Assembly: GCA_029263175.1 (NCBI GenBank) | Contig: JAJCXZ010000106.1 | Location: 5,214-69,213 of the forward strand | Source: Acidimicrobiales bacterium | GTDB taxonomy: Bacteria > Actinomycetota > Acidimicrobiia > Acidimicrobiales > Aldehydirespiratoraceae | Length of the DNA stretch: 64,000 bases | Direction of reading: 5' to 3' | Shown: piece by piece, positions 1 through 9,478 of the stretch | How positions within the stretch are numbered: the stretch's first letter is position 1 | Layout of the letters: the number at the start of each line of letters is the position of its first letter | Position numbers and translations under genes: made by a program | The notes under the pieces: model-generated | Told to the model about the DNA's origin: nothing | Database searches by the model: none | The model's input: only the letters and a program-made list of their open reading frames with translations

Positions 1-278
1 GTGCGCGATTCACCCGAGCGTCTATTGATGTGATTCAGGATGACATTCGAGAGGCACTTCAGAGCAATGGATAGGCCCCTCAACTTCATTCGCAGGTAGG
101 GCTGAGCGGAATGCCCGTTCCGTGTGCATCTGCTTCACGCTAGATCAGCGCCCCCGAGGCCAACTGGCTCTCGACCGGGGGACCCAGGCCAGCCGAACTC
201 GGGCGGTCGTGTTGCGATCGCCCGCGTAGGTCGTTCGGCTCTGGGCGGCAGTAGGTCCAGTCGGCTACCTTCGCCAGC

Positions 279-2435
279 ATGGCGGGTGGTGGTCCACAGG
301 TGGTTCTAGATCGGCGGTTCAACGACTCCTTGCTCGAACTGGAGCCGATCGAGGCACATCGTTCGCTGAAAGCTGTCGCTCAGTACCAGGACAATCCCGA
401 CCATCCCGGCCTGAACTTCGAGCGCCTTCAGCAGCTGGCTGGCCGCCAGCGGCTCTGCACGATCCGGGCATCTCGCGAACTTCGGATTCTGATGGCCGTC
501 GATGGCGACGTGGCGGTGATGCTGCGCGCCGGGCATCACGATGCGATCTATGACTTGGCCGGAACGAGCCGGTTTGTCGTCCCTCAGGCGGATGCTCCAG
601 GGCTCGTCCCAATCGTGGACGGCGCTGTCGATCTCGATGGCAAGCCGCTGAGGCCAGGTCGAGCGGTTCCCACCGAACCCGCTGATGTAGTTGGGGCGCT
701 TGACCACTGGTCGACGCCTGAGCTTCAGGCCGTTGGCTTGAGCGAGGAGGCGATCGGTCGCCTCCGGTCGGTCGCAGTGGATGACCTCCTTGACGGTTGG
801 CCCGACATTCCAGAGTCAACCCTTGATCTTGTGCTTCGGCTTTCCGAGCTAACGCCCGAGCAGTACGCGCACGAGCAGGAGACCGATGAGGAGACAGACG
901 TCGACCTCCGTGGCGCAATCCTTGAAAGGGGCGCGTTCGGCGGCCTGTCGGACTTCCTTTCTGCTGATGAGCTGGTCGCGCTTGCGGAGGCGCCGATCGA
1001 AGACTGGATGGTGTTCCTCCACCCATCCCAGCGTGAGCTGATCCAGCGTGAGTACACGGGCGTTGCACGAATCAGAGGCTCAGCCGGGACAGGCAAGACC
1101 GTCGTGGCGCTGCATCGGGCTGCGCGACTGGCACGACATCACCGAGACGGCGACCTTCCTGTTCTCTTCACGACATTCATCAACAATCTTCCGCCCGTCT
1201 TCGAAAACCTCTTTGGCCGGCTCCCGGGAACCTCGGCGGGCCGCGTCGTTTTCACAAACGTTGACAAGCTCGCTCATCAGGTCTGTCGTGAAGCCGGCGA
1301 ACGAGTGGTGCTTGATCCCCGGCTGGTTGACGATGCCTTCGAGGCAGCCTGCGCCGAGGTGGTGGTCGCAGGTTCTCCGTTGAAAGAGTCCGGTCTGTCT
1401 CGTCGCTACCTGCGCGAGGAGATCAACTCGGTTATCAAGGGACGAGGCTTAGCTTCGGTCGATGAGTATCTGCGCATCGAACGCAAGGGCCGGCGGACGC
1501 GCTTCTCGCCAGTAATGCGCGAGCAAGCCTGGCTTCTTCGCGAAGCACTGGACCGCCGACTTCGTGAGTCGGAGGTCATGGACTTCCCCGACGTCGTGCT
1601 CCGCGCCTTAGAAGTCTCCAACACGGAGCAGCCCCGATTCCGAGCGGCGATCGTCGATGAGTCGCAAGACCTCACCCTCGCCGCATTGAAGCTGGTAGCT
1701 GCTGTGCTCCCGAACGTTGCCGGCGAGGGTCAACTCCTCCTTGTCGGCGACGGTGCACAGCGCATCTACCCAGGGGGATTCGGGCTTCGGGCCGCCGGAA
1801 TGGATGTGCGTGGCCGATCCGCCGTGCTGAGACTGAACTACCGAAACACCGCGGCTATCGCTTCAACCGCAGCAGCGTGCGCCGGCGAGTCGGTGTTCGA
1901 CTTCGACGATGACCTCGATCGTGCAGCAGAGATGGCACCGACACTTCGGGACGGTCTTGCGCCACTGTTGGTCGATGGCGGCAGCGAGGCTGGACAGTGC
2001 ACATGGATTGCGCGCCATATCCGCCATCTTGTCGATATCGATGCCGTGCGTCCCGGTGATATTGGGGTTTCAGCCGCTAGTAACCGGCTGGCCAAGGACG
2101 TCAGGAGGGCTCTGGAGCAAGCGGGCTTCGCTACTGAGGGATTGGACAAGTTCGAGGGAGTACCCAACGACCGCGTCAAGGTCGGCACCTTCTTTCGTGC
2201 GAAGGGCCTCGAGTTCAAGATCATGTTTGCTGCAGGTGTGTCCGAATCCTCATTCCCGTCTCCCAGGCGGCCAGGTGAATCCGAAGAGGAGTACGCGGAT
2301 CGCCATGGGCTCGCAGTCAGCCAGCTGTTCGTGGCGATGACCCGCGCTCGCGATCGTTTGATTGTCCTTCACGATGGTGAACCTGCCGAGGTGTTGGCGA
2401 GTGCCTCAGGCTGCTTCGAAGAGGTGACGGCATAG
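279..2435 (+). CDS. SF1 (UvrD/Rep-like) helicase with N-terminal RelE/ParE-fold-like domain
   Basis: 718-aa ORF. Helicase motifs: Walker A GSAGTGKTVVAL, IVDESQDLT, VGDGAQRIY, LNYRNT, FRAKGLEFKIMF, VAMTRARDRLIV. The N-terminal ~95 aa (KAVAQYQDNPDHPGLNFERL...CTIRASRELRILMAVDGDVAVMLRAGHHDAIYD) follows the RelE/ParE toxin pattern. Confidence 0.8.
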   Translation: MAGGGPQVVLDRRFNDSLLELEPIEAHRSLKAVAQYQDNPDHPGLNFERLQQLAGRQRLCTIRASRELRILMAVDGDVAVMLRAGHHDAIYDLAGTSRFVVPQADAPGLVPIVDGAVDLDGKPLRPGRAVPTEPADVVGALDHWSTPELQAVGLSEEAIGRLRSVAVDDLLDGWPDIPESTLDLVLRLSELTPEQYAHEQETDEETDVDLRGAILERGAFGGLSDFLSADELVALAEAPIEDWMVFLHPSQRELIQREYTGVARIRGSAGTGKTVVALHRAARLARHHRDGDLPVLFTTFINNLPPVFENLFGRLPGTSAGRVVFTNVDKLAHQVCREAGERVVLDPRLVDDAFEAACAEVVVAGSPLKESGLSRRYLREEINSVIKGRGLASVDEYLRIERKGRRTRFSPVMREQAWLLREALDRRLRESEVMDFPDVVLRALEVSNTEQPRFRAAIVDESQDLTLAALKLVAAVLPNVAGEGQLLLVGDGAQRIYPGGFGLRAAGMDVRGRSAVLRLNYRNTAAIASTAAACAGESVFDFDDDLDRAAEMAPTLRDGLAPLLVDGGSEAGQCTWIARHIRHLVDIDAVRPGDIGVSAASNRLAKDVRRALEQAGFATEGLDKFEGVPNDRVKVGTFFRAKGLEFKIMFAAGVSESSFPSPRRPGESEEEYADRHGLAVSQLFVAMTRARDRLIVLHDGEPAEVLASASGCFEEVTA

Positions 2436-2469
2436 TGGAGTCACGGCGAGGCAGTACCCGAGGAGTGAC

Positions 2470-5400
2470 ATGGTGACCGCCGACTCAGAACTGGACTTTC
2501 AGGCCGAGCTGAACGATCGCGCCCGTCGGCTGATGCAGTACCTGAAGGAGTCGGATCAGGCGCTCCGACCGCTTCGCCGTGACATTGAGTCCGAGGGGCA
2601 CCTGCGTTTGTATCCCTCGTCGCTGCCAGAGCACGACGCTGTACGTGTCTTCGCCGGAGACGCATGGCTCACCGTGGACAGGGTCGATGAGCCCCCCGAC
2701 CCTCCCGCCGCCCCGCGAGAGTTCGAGCACTCGCTGGTCGGAGCAACAAACGACCCGTACCGCGAGCCAAGCCTGGGCTCGATGGCTCTCGACGAACTCG
2801 AAGAGGTGGAGCGATACCGCGTCGAGCAGAGCTTCAACGATTGGATGCTGGCGCAGTGGCGGCCATGGGCGAGGGTTGCTGGCCCTGCTCGCCGAGCGCG
2901 CGGCCTCTACCACGAGCTCTTCAACACGAGGATCGAGCTCGAAAAGGAACAAGACCGACTCGAGCTTGTGCTTGGCAACGGGCTCTTCACTTGGGCAGCC
3001 GATGGTGAGGCGATCCGACATCCGATTGCTGTGCGTGTTGGCGCCATCGAGTTCGACGACCACACTGGCCGGCTATCGGTAATCCCCACGCGCGATGCCG
3101 AGCTCGAGTTGCACTACTTGCATGGCCTTCGCGCCGGGGATGTGGATCTCCGCAGTCGCCTGGCGGAGGACTTCTCGGCTGCTCCGGTTGGCCCCCTCGA
3201 TGACGATCGGCTCGACCAGCTCTACCGCCCATTCATCAATTCCTTTGGCCTGGATGGCGAGATTCTTGATCGCTCAGCACCACCGGCTCCGACGTCGAAG
3301 CCTCAACTCAGCGACACGTGGGTTGTTGGCGTTCGTCGTCGGACCGCTCGATACCAACGGTTCTTTGAGCAGGTCATCGCTGCCATCGAGAGCGGCACCG
3401 TCTCGCCGGCTCTTGGCGCGCTCGTTGCTGAGGATGCGCATCAGCTCCCGGATCCCTGGGATGAGGAGGAGCGGACTCGACTCGACCAGGAGCTGCTCTT
3501 TCCCAAACCCAGCAATGAAGAGCAAAGGCAGATTGCGCGCAAGCTTGCGCTGAACCCGGGCGTCACCGTTCAAGGCCCGCCGGGGACAGGCAAGACGCAC
3601 ACGATCGCGAACCTCATCTGTCACCTCGTCGCTCATGGGAAACGGGTTCTCGTCACCAGCCAGAAGGCACAAGCCCTGTCGGTGTTGCGAAGCCAGCTCC
3701 CGGATGAGATTCAACCTCTTTGTGTTACCAACCTCTATGGCACCGGGAAGCGAACGGAGCTTCGAGATTCGATCGACGCGATCCAGCAGGGTCTGGGGCT
3801 GGACGAGGCTCGGCAAAGCCGCGATCTCGACGATGCGCGGCGCCGGCTCCGCGAGACCCGGGAGCGGGTGGCCGAACTCAGCAGCCGCCTCCGTGATGTG
3901 CACGAGGCAGATGCCCGGACCCACCCGATTGATGGCGAGCCGAGAGATCCGCGTTCGCTCGGGGACTGGCTGCGGTCGAACGAGGAGACCCTCGCCTTCA
4001 TCCCTGATCAGATCGGGGAGGTAGCACCACCGCTATCCGGTGAGGAGTTCCGGCAGCTTCATCAGGCGCTTCAACGGATCCGTGCCGAGGACAGATCGGC
4101 CGCCGTACTCACGCTGCCGGTTGAAGACAGAATCGGCGAAGAGCTTCAGGTCGATTGGGATCGACTCATCGAGCTACGCGAGATCCTGGCCGGTGTGGGA
4201 TCCGAACTTGGCGGCCTTGAGCTGCTTGAAGGTCGCTCACAAGAAGAGATTCGCGGCGACTGCGACCAGCTCGCGGAGTGTGCAGCCACGTTCGCCAAGC
4301 TCCAGGAGCCATGGCATCACGAGTTCCGCAAGGACTTTGGTGCAGGCCGGTCCTTTGCTGACACCTGGCAGGCTCGATCGGAGTCGCTCAAGGCCGAGGT
4401 GTCGGATATCCGACTGGCAGCCAACGACCTACTTGGTCGACGGGTACAGACCCCCGACGCGATGCCACAGCCGGAGCTGGTCGACGCCCTGGAGCAGGCA
4501 CTCGAGCGTCGTGAACTGGGGCGGACACTTGGCCCGCTTCAGCGCGGCTTGAGGAAGATCGTTGAGCAGTGTGTGGTTGATGGCAATCCGCTGAATGCGG
4601 CGGAACCGCGCGTCGCCGACCTCAAGCTGGTTCTCCGCTGGCTCGACGTGACGGAACGGCGGGCTCGACTGCTTCGAACCTGGAACGACATCGCCGGCCA
4701 GATCGGGGCACCAACCGTGCCCTTCGAAGCGGAGCCGGTGGAGTCAGCGGTGCAGCATGAGCTGGCAAGCCTGGCGGCGTTGATCGATTGGGAGATGAGC
4801 GGCCGGGCCAAGGCTCTAGAGATCTCGTCGTCATACGGCTTGCCAGTCGGCGCCGTTGCTGACCCTGAATCCCTCGCTCACTCAGTCGAGACTCTGACGC
4901 GATCGTTGCTTCGCTTTGAAGAGGCAGAACTGAGCGAGGGCCTAGATACGCGTCTGGGTGAACTGCTGGCCGGCAGCAGGGAGCCCAACGCAAGCCCGCT
5001 CTGGGGAGAACTGGCGCGGGCAATGGAGAGTCGTGATGCTGAGGCTTGGGATGCGGCTCGCATCGAGGCCGATCGGCTACGAACTCTGGCAACCGAGGCG
5101 AACGTGGCTAGCGAGCTACTCGACCGTCTCGGCCGGGCTGCTCCGCAATGGGCCAGCGAACTACGAGTTCACGATGGCGGCAGTCCATGGCCGATCGGCC
5201 TCGAGGCTGCGGCCTGGCAATGGCGGGCAGCAGAAACGTGGCATCAACAACTGCTGGCAATCGACGATCCCGCCCTCCTCCAGGGCGAGATTGAACAAGC
5301 CCAGGACGACGAGCATCGAGCTGTTGAATCTGTCGTTGCCTTGAGCGCTTGGCTGAAGCTGATCCAGCGCGTCACGCCTGCTCAGAAGTCAGCACTCGGC

Positions 5401-7362
5401 GAGTATGCGGTCGCAATGCGAAAGGTGGGGAAGGGCACGGGACAGTACGCCCCCGTCCGCCTGCGGGAGGCTCGCGGCGCGCTCGCTCGGGCACAGGGGG
5501 CCGTCCCTGTCTGGGTAATGCCTGTACCTACGGCTGTCGACTCGTTCGATCCGCTGATACATGAGCGATTCGATGTCGTGATCACGGATGAGAGCTCGCA
5601 AAGCGATCTCTCGGCGCTGGCTCTGGCGGCTCTCGCCGACAAGCTGGTTGTGGTCGGCGACGACAAGCAGATTTCCCCAGTCCTGATCACCAAGCTTCAG
5701 CCATTGCTGGATCTGAAAGCGAAGCACCTCGACGGGCACCTGGTCAATGCGTCGATCTTCTCCCCCGGCTCGAGCCTCTATGACGTGGCCAATGCCGTAT
5801 TCACCGGCAGCGTGATGCTCAAGGAGCACTTCCGCTGCTTGCCGGAGATCATCGGGTTCTCCAACCAGGAGTGCTACCGCGGGGAGATCCTTCCGCTTCG
5901 GGAGAACCGCGAGGACGCGGCGTGGCGCCCGGTTCGGTCGATCCTGCTGCGTGAAGGATTCCGCGACGGCAAGGTCAACCCGCCGGAGGTCGATCGCATC
6001 GTTGACCTCGTCAAGAGTCTGGTCGAGGACCCGGCGTATGCCGGTCGTTCGATGGGTGTCATCTCGCTGATTGGAGATGAGCAAGCCAAGGAGATCAGCG
6101 AACGTCTCCAGTCTGTGCTCGGCGAGATCGAGTTCGAACGACGGCGTATCCGGTGCGGAGACGCCTATCACTTCCAGGGTGATGAGCGAGACGTGATGAT
6201 CCTGTCGATGGTTGCGAGCGCCCAAGAGAAGGGCGGCTCGTTCACCAGGAACTCCGACATCCAGCGGATCAATGTTGCGGCGAGCCGCGCCCGCGACCAG
6301 GTCTGGCTCGTTCGCTCGATCGAAGCTGCCGACCTAGGGCAGCAAGACATCCGTCGGAAACTGATCGACTACTACGCAGACCCATCGCTCGGGAAGCCCG
6401 ATCCAACGCCAATCCTCGACCGGACCGAGTCGCCCTTTGAGCGAGTGGTGGCCGAACGGCTCCTGGCGGCGGGCTACGACGTTGAGCCGCAGTATCGGGT
6501 GGGGGCGTTGCGTATCGACTTCGTTGTGCGAACGAAGTCACGTCTGGCCCGGCTCGCCGTCGAATGCGATGGCGAACGCTGGCACGGACCCGAACGCTGG
6601 GCCGATGACATGGCTCGACAGCGGACGCTCGAACGACTCGGATGGCGCTTCCATCGGCTGCGCGGCGCAGCGTTCTACCGGGATCCCGATCGATCGATGG
6701 CCGCGCTGTTCGACGTGCTCGAGGCGATGGATCGAAACGCCGTGGAGGCGAAGCGGCGAGCTGACAGGGCCACCCCAAAGGAGGAGCCGACTCCCGAGCC
6801 GGAAACACCACCACCGGCGCGGGAGGCGGCCCCCGTTGTGGCGACACCGGTGGAACCGGAGCGTGACTCGAAACCACCGGTGACGAAGCGAAGCGCGCAG
6901 AAGCGAACGCGGCCCACCGCAAAGGCCCCGGCGGATCGCAAACGGCCAGATCGAAAGGTGGTCACGAGTAGTGGGCGCCGCAAGCCAAAGAAGACGGCAG
7001 ACACGTCGGCGGAACGTGTTGTACCTCAGCTCTGGCGACGCTTGCACCAGGGCATCCGGGGTTCGTTCGGCGACATCGCGGTCGGAGGCTCAGAAGAGGT
7101 GCTGGTCTTGGCCGGCACTCTCATCTACGTCGAGTGTCGATTGGCTGAGGACACAATCCTCCCGCGACACATCGTCGAGGCACACGAGACTGCGAAGGGA
7201 CGGCGGGCAGCAATCGTCGTCCGCCTTGGGGTTCCCTACGATCCCGAGTCCCTCGAGTGGGCTCAGCGTCGAAACGTTGCGCTACTCCGGCTCAACAATG
7301 TCGATCGCCCGGTGGCTGTCAACCCGCCAGCGGAGGCGCTACTGCGCGAGCTGCAGGGATGA
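2470..7362 (+). CDS. DUF4011-like / SF1B (Upf1-like, AAA_11+AAA_12) helicase / DUF559 (Vsr-like) endonuclease fusion with an extra C-terminal nuclease-like domain; Hhe-like defence protein
   Basis: 1630-aa ORF. Helicase motifs: Walker A GPPGTGKTHTI, DVVITDESSQ, VVVGDDKQISP, KEHFRCLPEII, YHFQGDERDVMILS, RINVAASRARDQVWLV. DUF559-like block RIDFVV..LAVECDGERWHGPERWADDMARQRTLERLGWRFHRL lies at approx 6436-6690. A K/R/P-rich linker follows, then the last ~115 aa (7012-7359) show GDIAV-x19-YVECR...AAIVVRLG...NVALLRL. Confidence 0.85.
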   Translation: MVTADSELDFQAELNDRARRLMQYLKESDQALRPLRRDIESEGHLRLYPSSLPEHDAVRVFAGDAWLTVDRVDEPPDPPAAPREFEHSLVGATNDPYREPSLGSMALDELEEVERYRVEQSFNDWMLAQWRPWARVAGPARRARGLYHELFNTRIELEKEQDRLELVLGNGLFTWAADGEAIRHPIAVRVGAIEFDDHTGRLSVIPTRDAELELHYLHGLRAGDVDLRSRLAEDFSAAPVGPLDDDRLDQLYRPFINSFGLDGEILDRSAPPAPTSKPQLSDTWVVGVRRRTARYQRFFEQVIAAIESGTVSPALGALVAEDAHQLPDPWDEEERTRLDQELLFPKPSNEEQRQIARKLALNPGVTVQGPPGTGKTHTIANLICHLVAHGKRVLVTSQKAQALSVLRSQLPDEIQPLCVTNLYGTGKRTELRDSIDAIQQGLGLDEARQSRDLDDARRRLRETRERVAELSSRLRDVHEADARTHPIDGEPRDPRSLGDWLRSNEETLAFIPDQIGEVAPPLSGEEFRQLHQALQRIRAEDRSAAVLTLPVEDRIGEELQVDWDRLIELREILAGVGSELGGLELLEGRSQEEIRGDCDQLAECAATFAKLQEPWHHEFRKDFGAGRSFADTWQARSESLKAEVSDIRLAANDLLGRRVQTPDAMPQPELVDALEQALERRELGRTLGPLQRGLRKIVEQCVVDGNPLNAAEPRVADLKLVLRWLDVTERRARLLRTWNDIAGQIGAPTVPFEAEPVESAVQHELASLAALIDWEMSGRAKALEISSSYGLPVGAVADPESLAHSVETLTRSLLRFEEAELSEGLDTRLGELLAGSREPNASPLWGELARAMESRDAEAWDAARIEADRLRTLATEANVASELLDRLGRAAPQWASELRVHDGGSPWPIGLEAAAWQWRAAETWHQQLLAIDDPALLQGEIEQAQDDEHRAVESVVALSAWLKLIQRVTPAQKSALGEYAVAMRKVGKGTGQYAPVRLREARGALARAQGAVPVWVMPVPTAVDSFDPLIHERFDVVITDESSQSDLSALALAALADKLVVVGDDKQISPVLITKLQPLLDLKAKHLDGHLVNASIFSPGSSLYDVANAVFTGSVMLKEHFRCLPEIIGFSNQECYRGEILPLRENREDAAWRPVRSILLREGFRDGKVNPPEVDRIVDLVKSLVEDPAYAGRSMGVISLIGDEQAKEISERLQSVLGEIEFERRRIRCGDAYHFQGDERDVMILSMVASAQEKGGSFTRNSDIQRINVAASRARDQVWLVRSIEAADLGQQDIRRKLIDYYADPSLGKPDPTPILDRTESPFERVVAERLLAAGYDVEPQYRVGALRIDFVVRTKSRLARLAVECDGERWHGPERWADDMARQRTLERLGWRFHRLRGAAFYRDPDRSMAALFDVLEAMDRNAVEAKRRADRATPKEEPTPEPETPPPAREAAPVVATPVEPERDSKPPVTKRSAQKRTRPTAKAPADRKRPDRKVVTSSGRRKPKKTADTSAERVVPQLWRRLHQGIRGSFGDIAVGGSEEVLVLAGTLIYVECRLAEDTILPRHIVEAHETAKGRRAAIVVRLGVPYDPESLEWAQRRNVALLRLNNVDRPVAVNPPAEALLRELQG

Positions 7363-7426
7363 GGCGCCTGGCATCACTCCTTCCGAGCCCGCCGGGCCGT
7401 CACAGCCGTGCTGTACTGACTGCACT

Positions 7427-9478
7427 ATGAGTGACGAGACGATCAAGAATCACGCGGCTTTCATCTGGTCGGTCGCCGATCTACTCCGGGGCGACTACAA
7501 GCAGTCGGAATACGGGCGGGTCATCCTGCCGTTCACGGTGCTACGACGTATCGACTGCGTGATCGATCCGGTCAAGGCCGACATGCTCGCCAAGTACGAG
7601 TCGACCAAGGCAGCCGGAATCGACAATCACGGCCCGGTCCTCGACCGGCTGACCGACACGCAGCATCTCTGGAACACGTCGAAGTACGACATCTCGAAGC
7701 TGCTGGATGACACCGATCACATCGCCGCAAACCTGCGGGCGTACATCGCTGCGTTCAGCCCACAGATTCGCGACATCCTCGAGCACTTCGATCTCGAAAC
7801 GCAGATCGCCCGGCTCGACAAGGCAAATCTCCTGTACCTCGTCGTCAGCAAGTTCGCCGACATCGACCTGCACCCCGACACGGTCTCCAACCTCGAGATG
7901 GGCTACCTGTACGAGGAGCTGATCCGCCGCTTCTCGGAACTGTCCAACGAGACGGCAGGTGAGCACTTCACACCTCGCGAGGTGATCCGGCTGATGGTGA
8001 ACCTGCTGTTCATCGATGACGACGAGCTGTTGGCCAAGCCGGGGATCGTGAAAACGATGTTCGACCCTGCGTGCGGCACCGGTGGCATGTTGAGCGTGGC
8101 GGAGGATCATCTGCGTCAGCTCAACCCGCAGGCGAAGCTCGAGGTGTTCGGCCAGGAGCTCAACCCCGAGACATACGCGACATGCCGGTCCGACATGATG
8201 CTGAAGGGCCAGAACGCCGAGAACATCGTGTTCGGCAACTCGTTCTCCGAGGACGGTCACGACGGCGCCTCGTTCGACTACCTGCTCGCCAACCCGCCGT
8301 TTGGGGTGGAGTGGAAGAAAGTGAAGGACGAGGTCACGACCGAGCACGAGACGAAGGGTTTCGCCGGTCGTTTCGGTGCGGGTCTGCCCCGTATCAACGA
8401 CGGCAGCTTCTTGTTCTTGCAGCACATGATCTCGAAGATGAAGCGCCCCGAGGACGGTGGCAGTCGTCTGGCGATTGTGTTCAACGGCAGCCCGCTGTTC
8501 ACCGGTGCGGCCGGTAGCGGCGAGTCGGAAATCCGGCGGTGGATCATCGAGAACGACTGGCTCGAAGCCGTCGTCGCCCTGCCCGATCAGCTCTTCTACA
8601 ACACCGGCATCTCGACGTACTTCTGGATCATCACCAACCGCAAGAGCCCGGAGCGCAAGGGCAAGGTGCAGCTCATCGACGCCCGCGACATGTTCGTGAA
8701 GATGCGCAAGAGCCTGGGCGAGAAGCGCAAAGAGATCGGTCGGTCCGACATCGACGAGATCGTCCGCACCTATGGCGACTTCGAGGAACGCATCGCCGAA
8801 CCTGCTGACGAGTCGAGACGGGTCGGCTGCAAGATCTTCCCCAACGAAGCGTTCGGCTTCCTTCGCATCACCATCGAACGACCCCTGCGTCTGCGCTGGG
8901 AGATCACCGCCGAAGGCATCGGAGCCCTCAAGGCCGACAAGAAGTTCGCCAATCTCGACGAGGCCGAGCAAGCTGCCTTGCTTGCCGACCTCGAGCCGGC
9001 GATCGGTGTTGCCTACCCGTCCGACGGCGACATCCGCTGCGAGGTCCAGGCGTCGATGAAGCGGGCCGGGGTGAAGGGCAAGCCGATCGAGAACACCATC
9101 GTAGATGTCTTCGCGTTCCGCGACCCAAAGGCCGACATCGTCACTGACAGGAAGGGTCACGCCGAGCCCGACAGCGACCTGCGCGACAACGAGAGCGTGC
9201 CGCTGCCGTCGGGGTCCGTCCGCTACGAACCCGACCCGACCGAGCGCCTGGCCACTGATACCTACGTCGACGCGGTCGAGGACTACGTCGAAGCCGAGGT
9301 CCACCCCTATGTCCCCGATGCCTGGGTCGCCCACGACAAGACCAAGATCGGCTACGAGATCCCCCTCACCCGCCACTTCTACGTCTACACGCCGCCTCGT
9401 CCCCTGGCTGAGATCGATGCCGAGATCCGCCAGCTGGAGTCGGAGATCCAGGGGCTGCTGGCCGAGGTGACCTCGTGA
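7427..9478 (+). CDS. hsdM: Type I restriction-modification DNA methyltransferase subunit M
   Basis: The conserved HsdM N-terminus starts at ATG 7427 (MSDETIKNHAAFIWSVADLLRGDYK). Motif I is FDPACGTGGML and motif IV is LANPPFG. The ORF-track start at 6971 adds 152 Arg/Ser-rich codons that overlap the previous gene. Confidence 0.93.
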   Translation: MSDETIKNHAAFIWSVADLLRGDYKQSEYGRVILPFTVLRRIDCVIDPVKADMLAKYESTKAAGIDNHGPVLDRLTDTQHLWNTSKYDISKLLDDTDHIAANLRAYIAAFSPQIRDILEHFDLETQIARLDKANLLYLVVSKFADIDLHPDTVSNLEMGYLYEELIRRFSELSNETAGEHFTPREVIRLMVNLLFIDDDELLAKPGIVKTMFDPACGTGGMLSVAEDHLRQLNPQAKLEVFGQELNPETYATCRSDMMLKGQNAENIVFGNSFSEDGHDGASFDYLLANPPFGVEWKKVKDEVTTEHETKGFAGRFGAGLPRINDGSFLFLQHMISKMKRPEDGGSRLAIVFNGSPLFTGAAGSGESEIRRWIIENDWLEAVVALPDQLFYNTGISTYFWIITNRKSPERKGKVQLIDARDMFVKMRKSLGEKRKEIGRSDIDEIVRTYGDFEERIAEPADESRRVGCKIFPNEAFGFLRITIERPLRLRWEITAEGIGALKADKKFANLDEAEQAALLADLEPAIGVAYPSDGDIRCEVQASMKRAGVKGKPIENTIVDVFAFRDPKADIVTDRKGHAEPDSDLRDNESVPLPSGSVRYEPDPTERLATDTYVDAVEDYVEAEVHPYVPDAWVAHDKTKIGYEIPLTRHFYVYTPPRPLAEIDAEIRQLESEIQGLLAEVTS

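Noticed and set aside
3-74. Possible 3' end of an upstream gene (..IDVIQDDIREALQSNG*) in the lower-GC first 130 nt.
   Set aside because: Only 23 codons are visible, with no motif. Coding cannot be distinguished from non-coding sequence.
1-278. Search for a tRNA gene or att-like site at the left border of the defence island, and elsewhere in the window.
   Set aside because: No T-loop-like GGTTCGAATCC/GTTCGA context or cloverleaf was recognised by eye. A tRNAscan/ARAGORN run would be needed to exclude one.
6971-7426. Upstream 152 codons of the hsdM ORF-track entry.
   Set aside because: The stretch is Arg/Ser-rich and overlaps the 3' end of the Hhe-like gene. The conserved HsdM N-terminus begins at ATG 7427.
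7541-9376. 611-aa minus-strand ORF. Similar long antisense ORFs occur at 11810-13120, 36071-36952, 37026-38924, 43689-44726, 53361-54473, 54573-55808, 57524-58669, 60228-61082 and 62302-63204.
   Set aside because: Each lies antisense to, or out of frame within, a gene with clear family motifs. Their composition is Arg/Gly/Val/His/Pro-rich with no motifs, which is the typical shadow-ORF artefact of GC-rich DNA.
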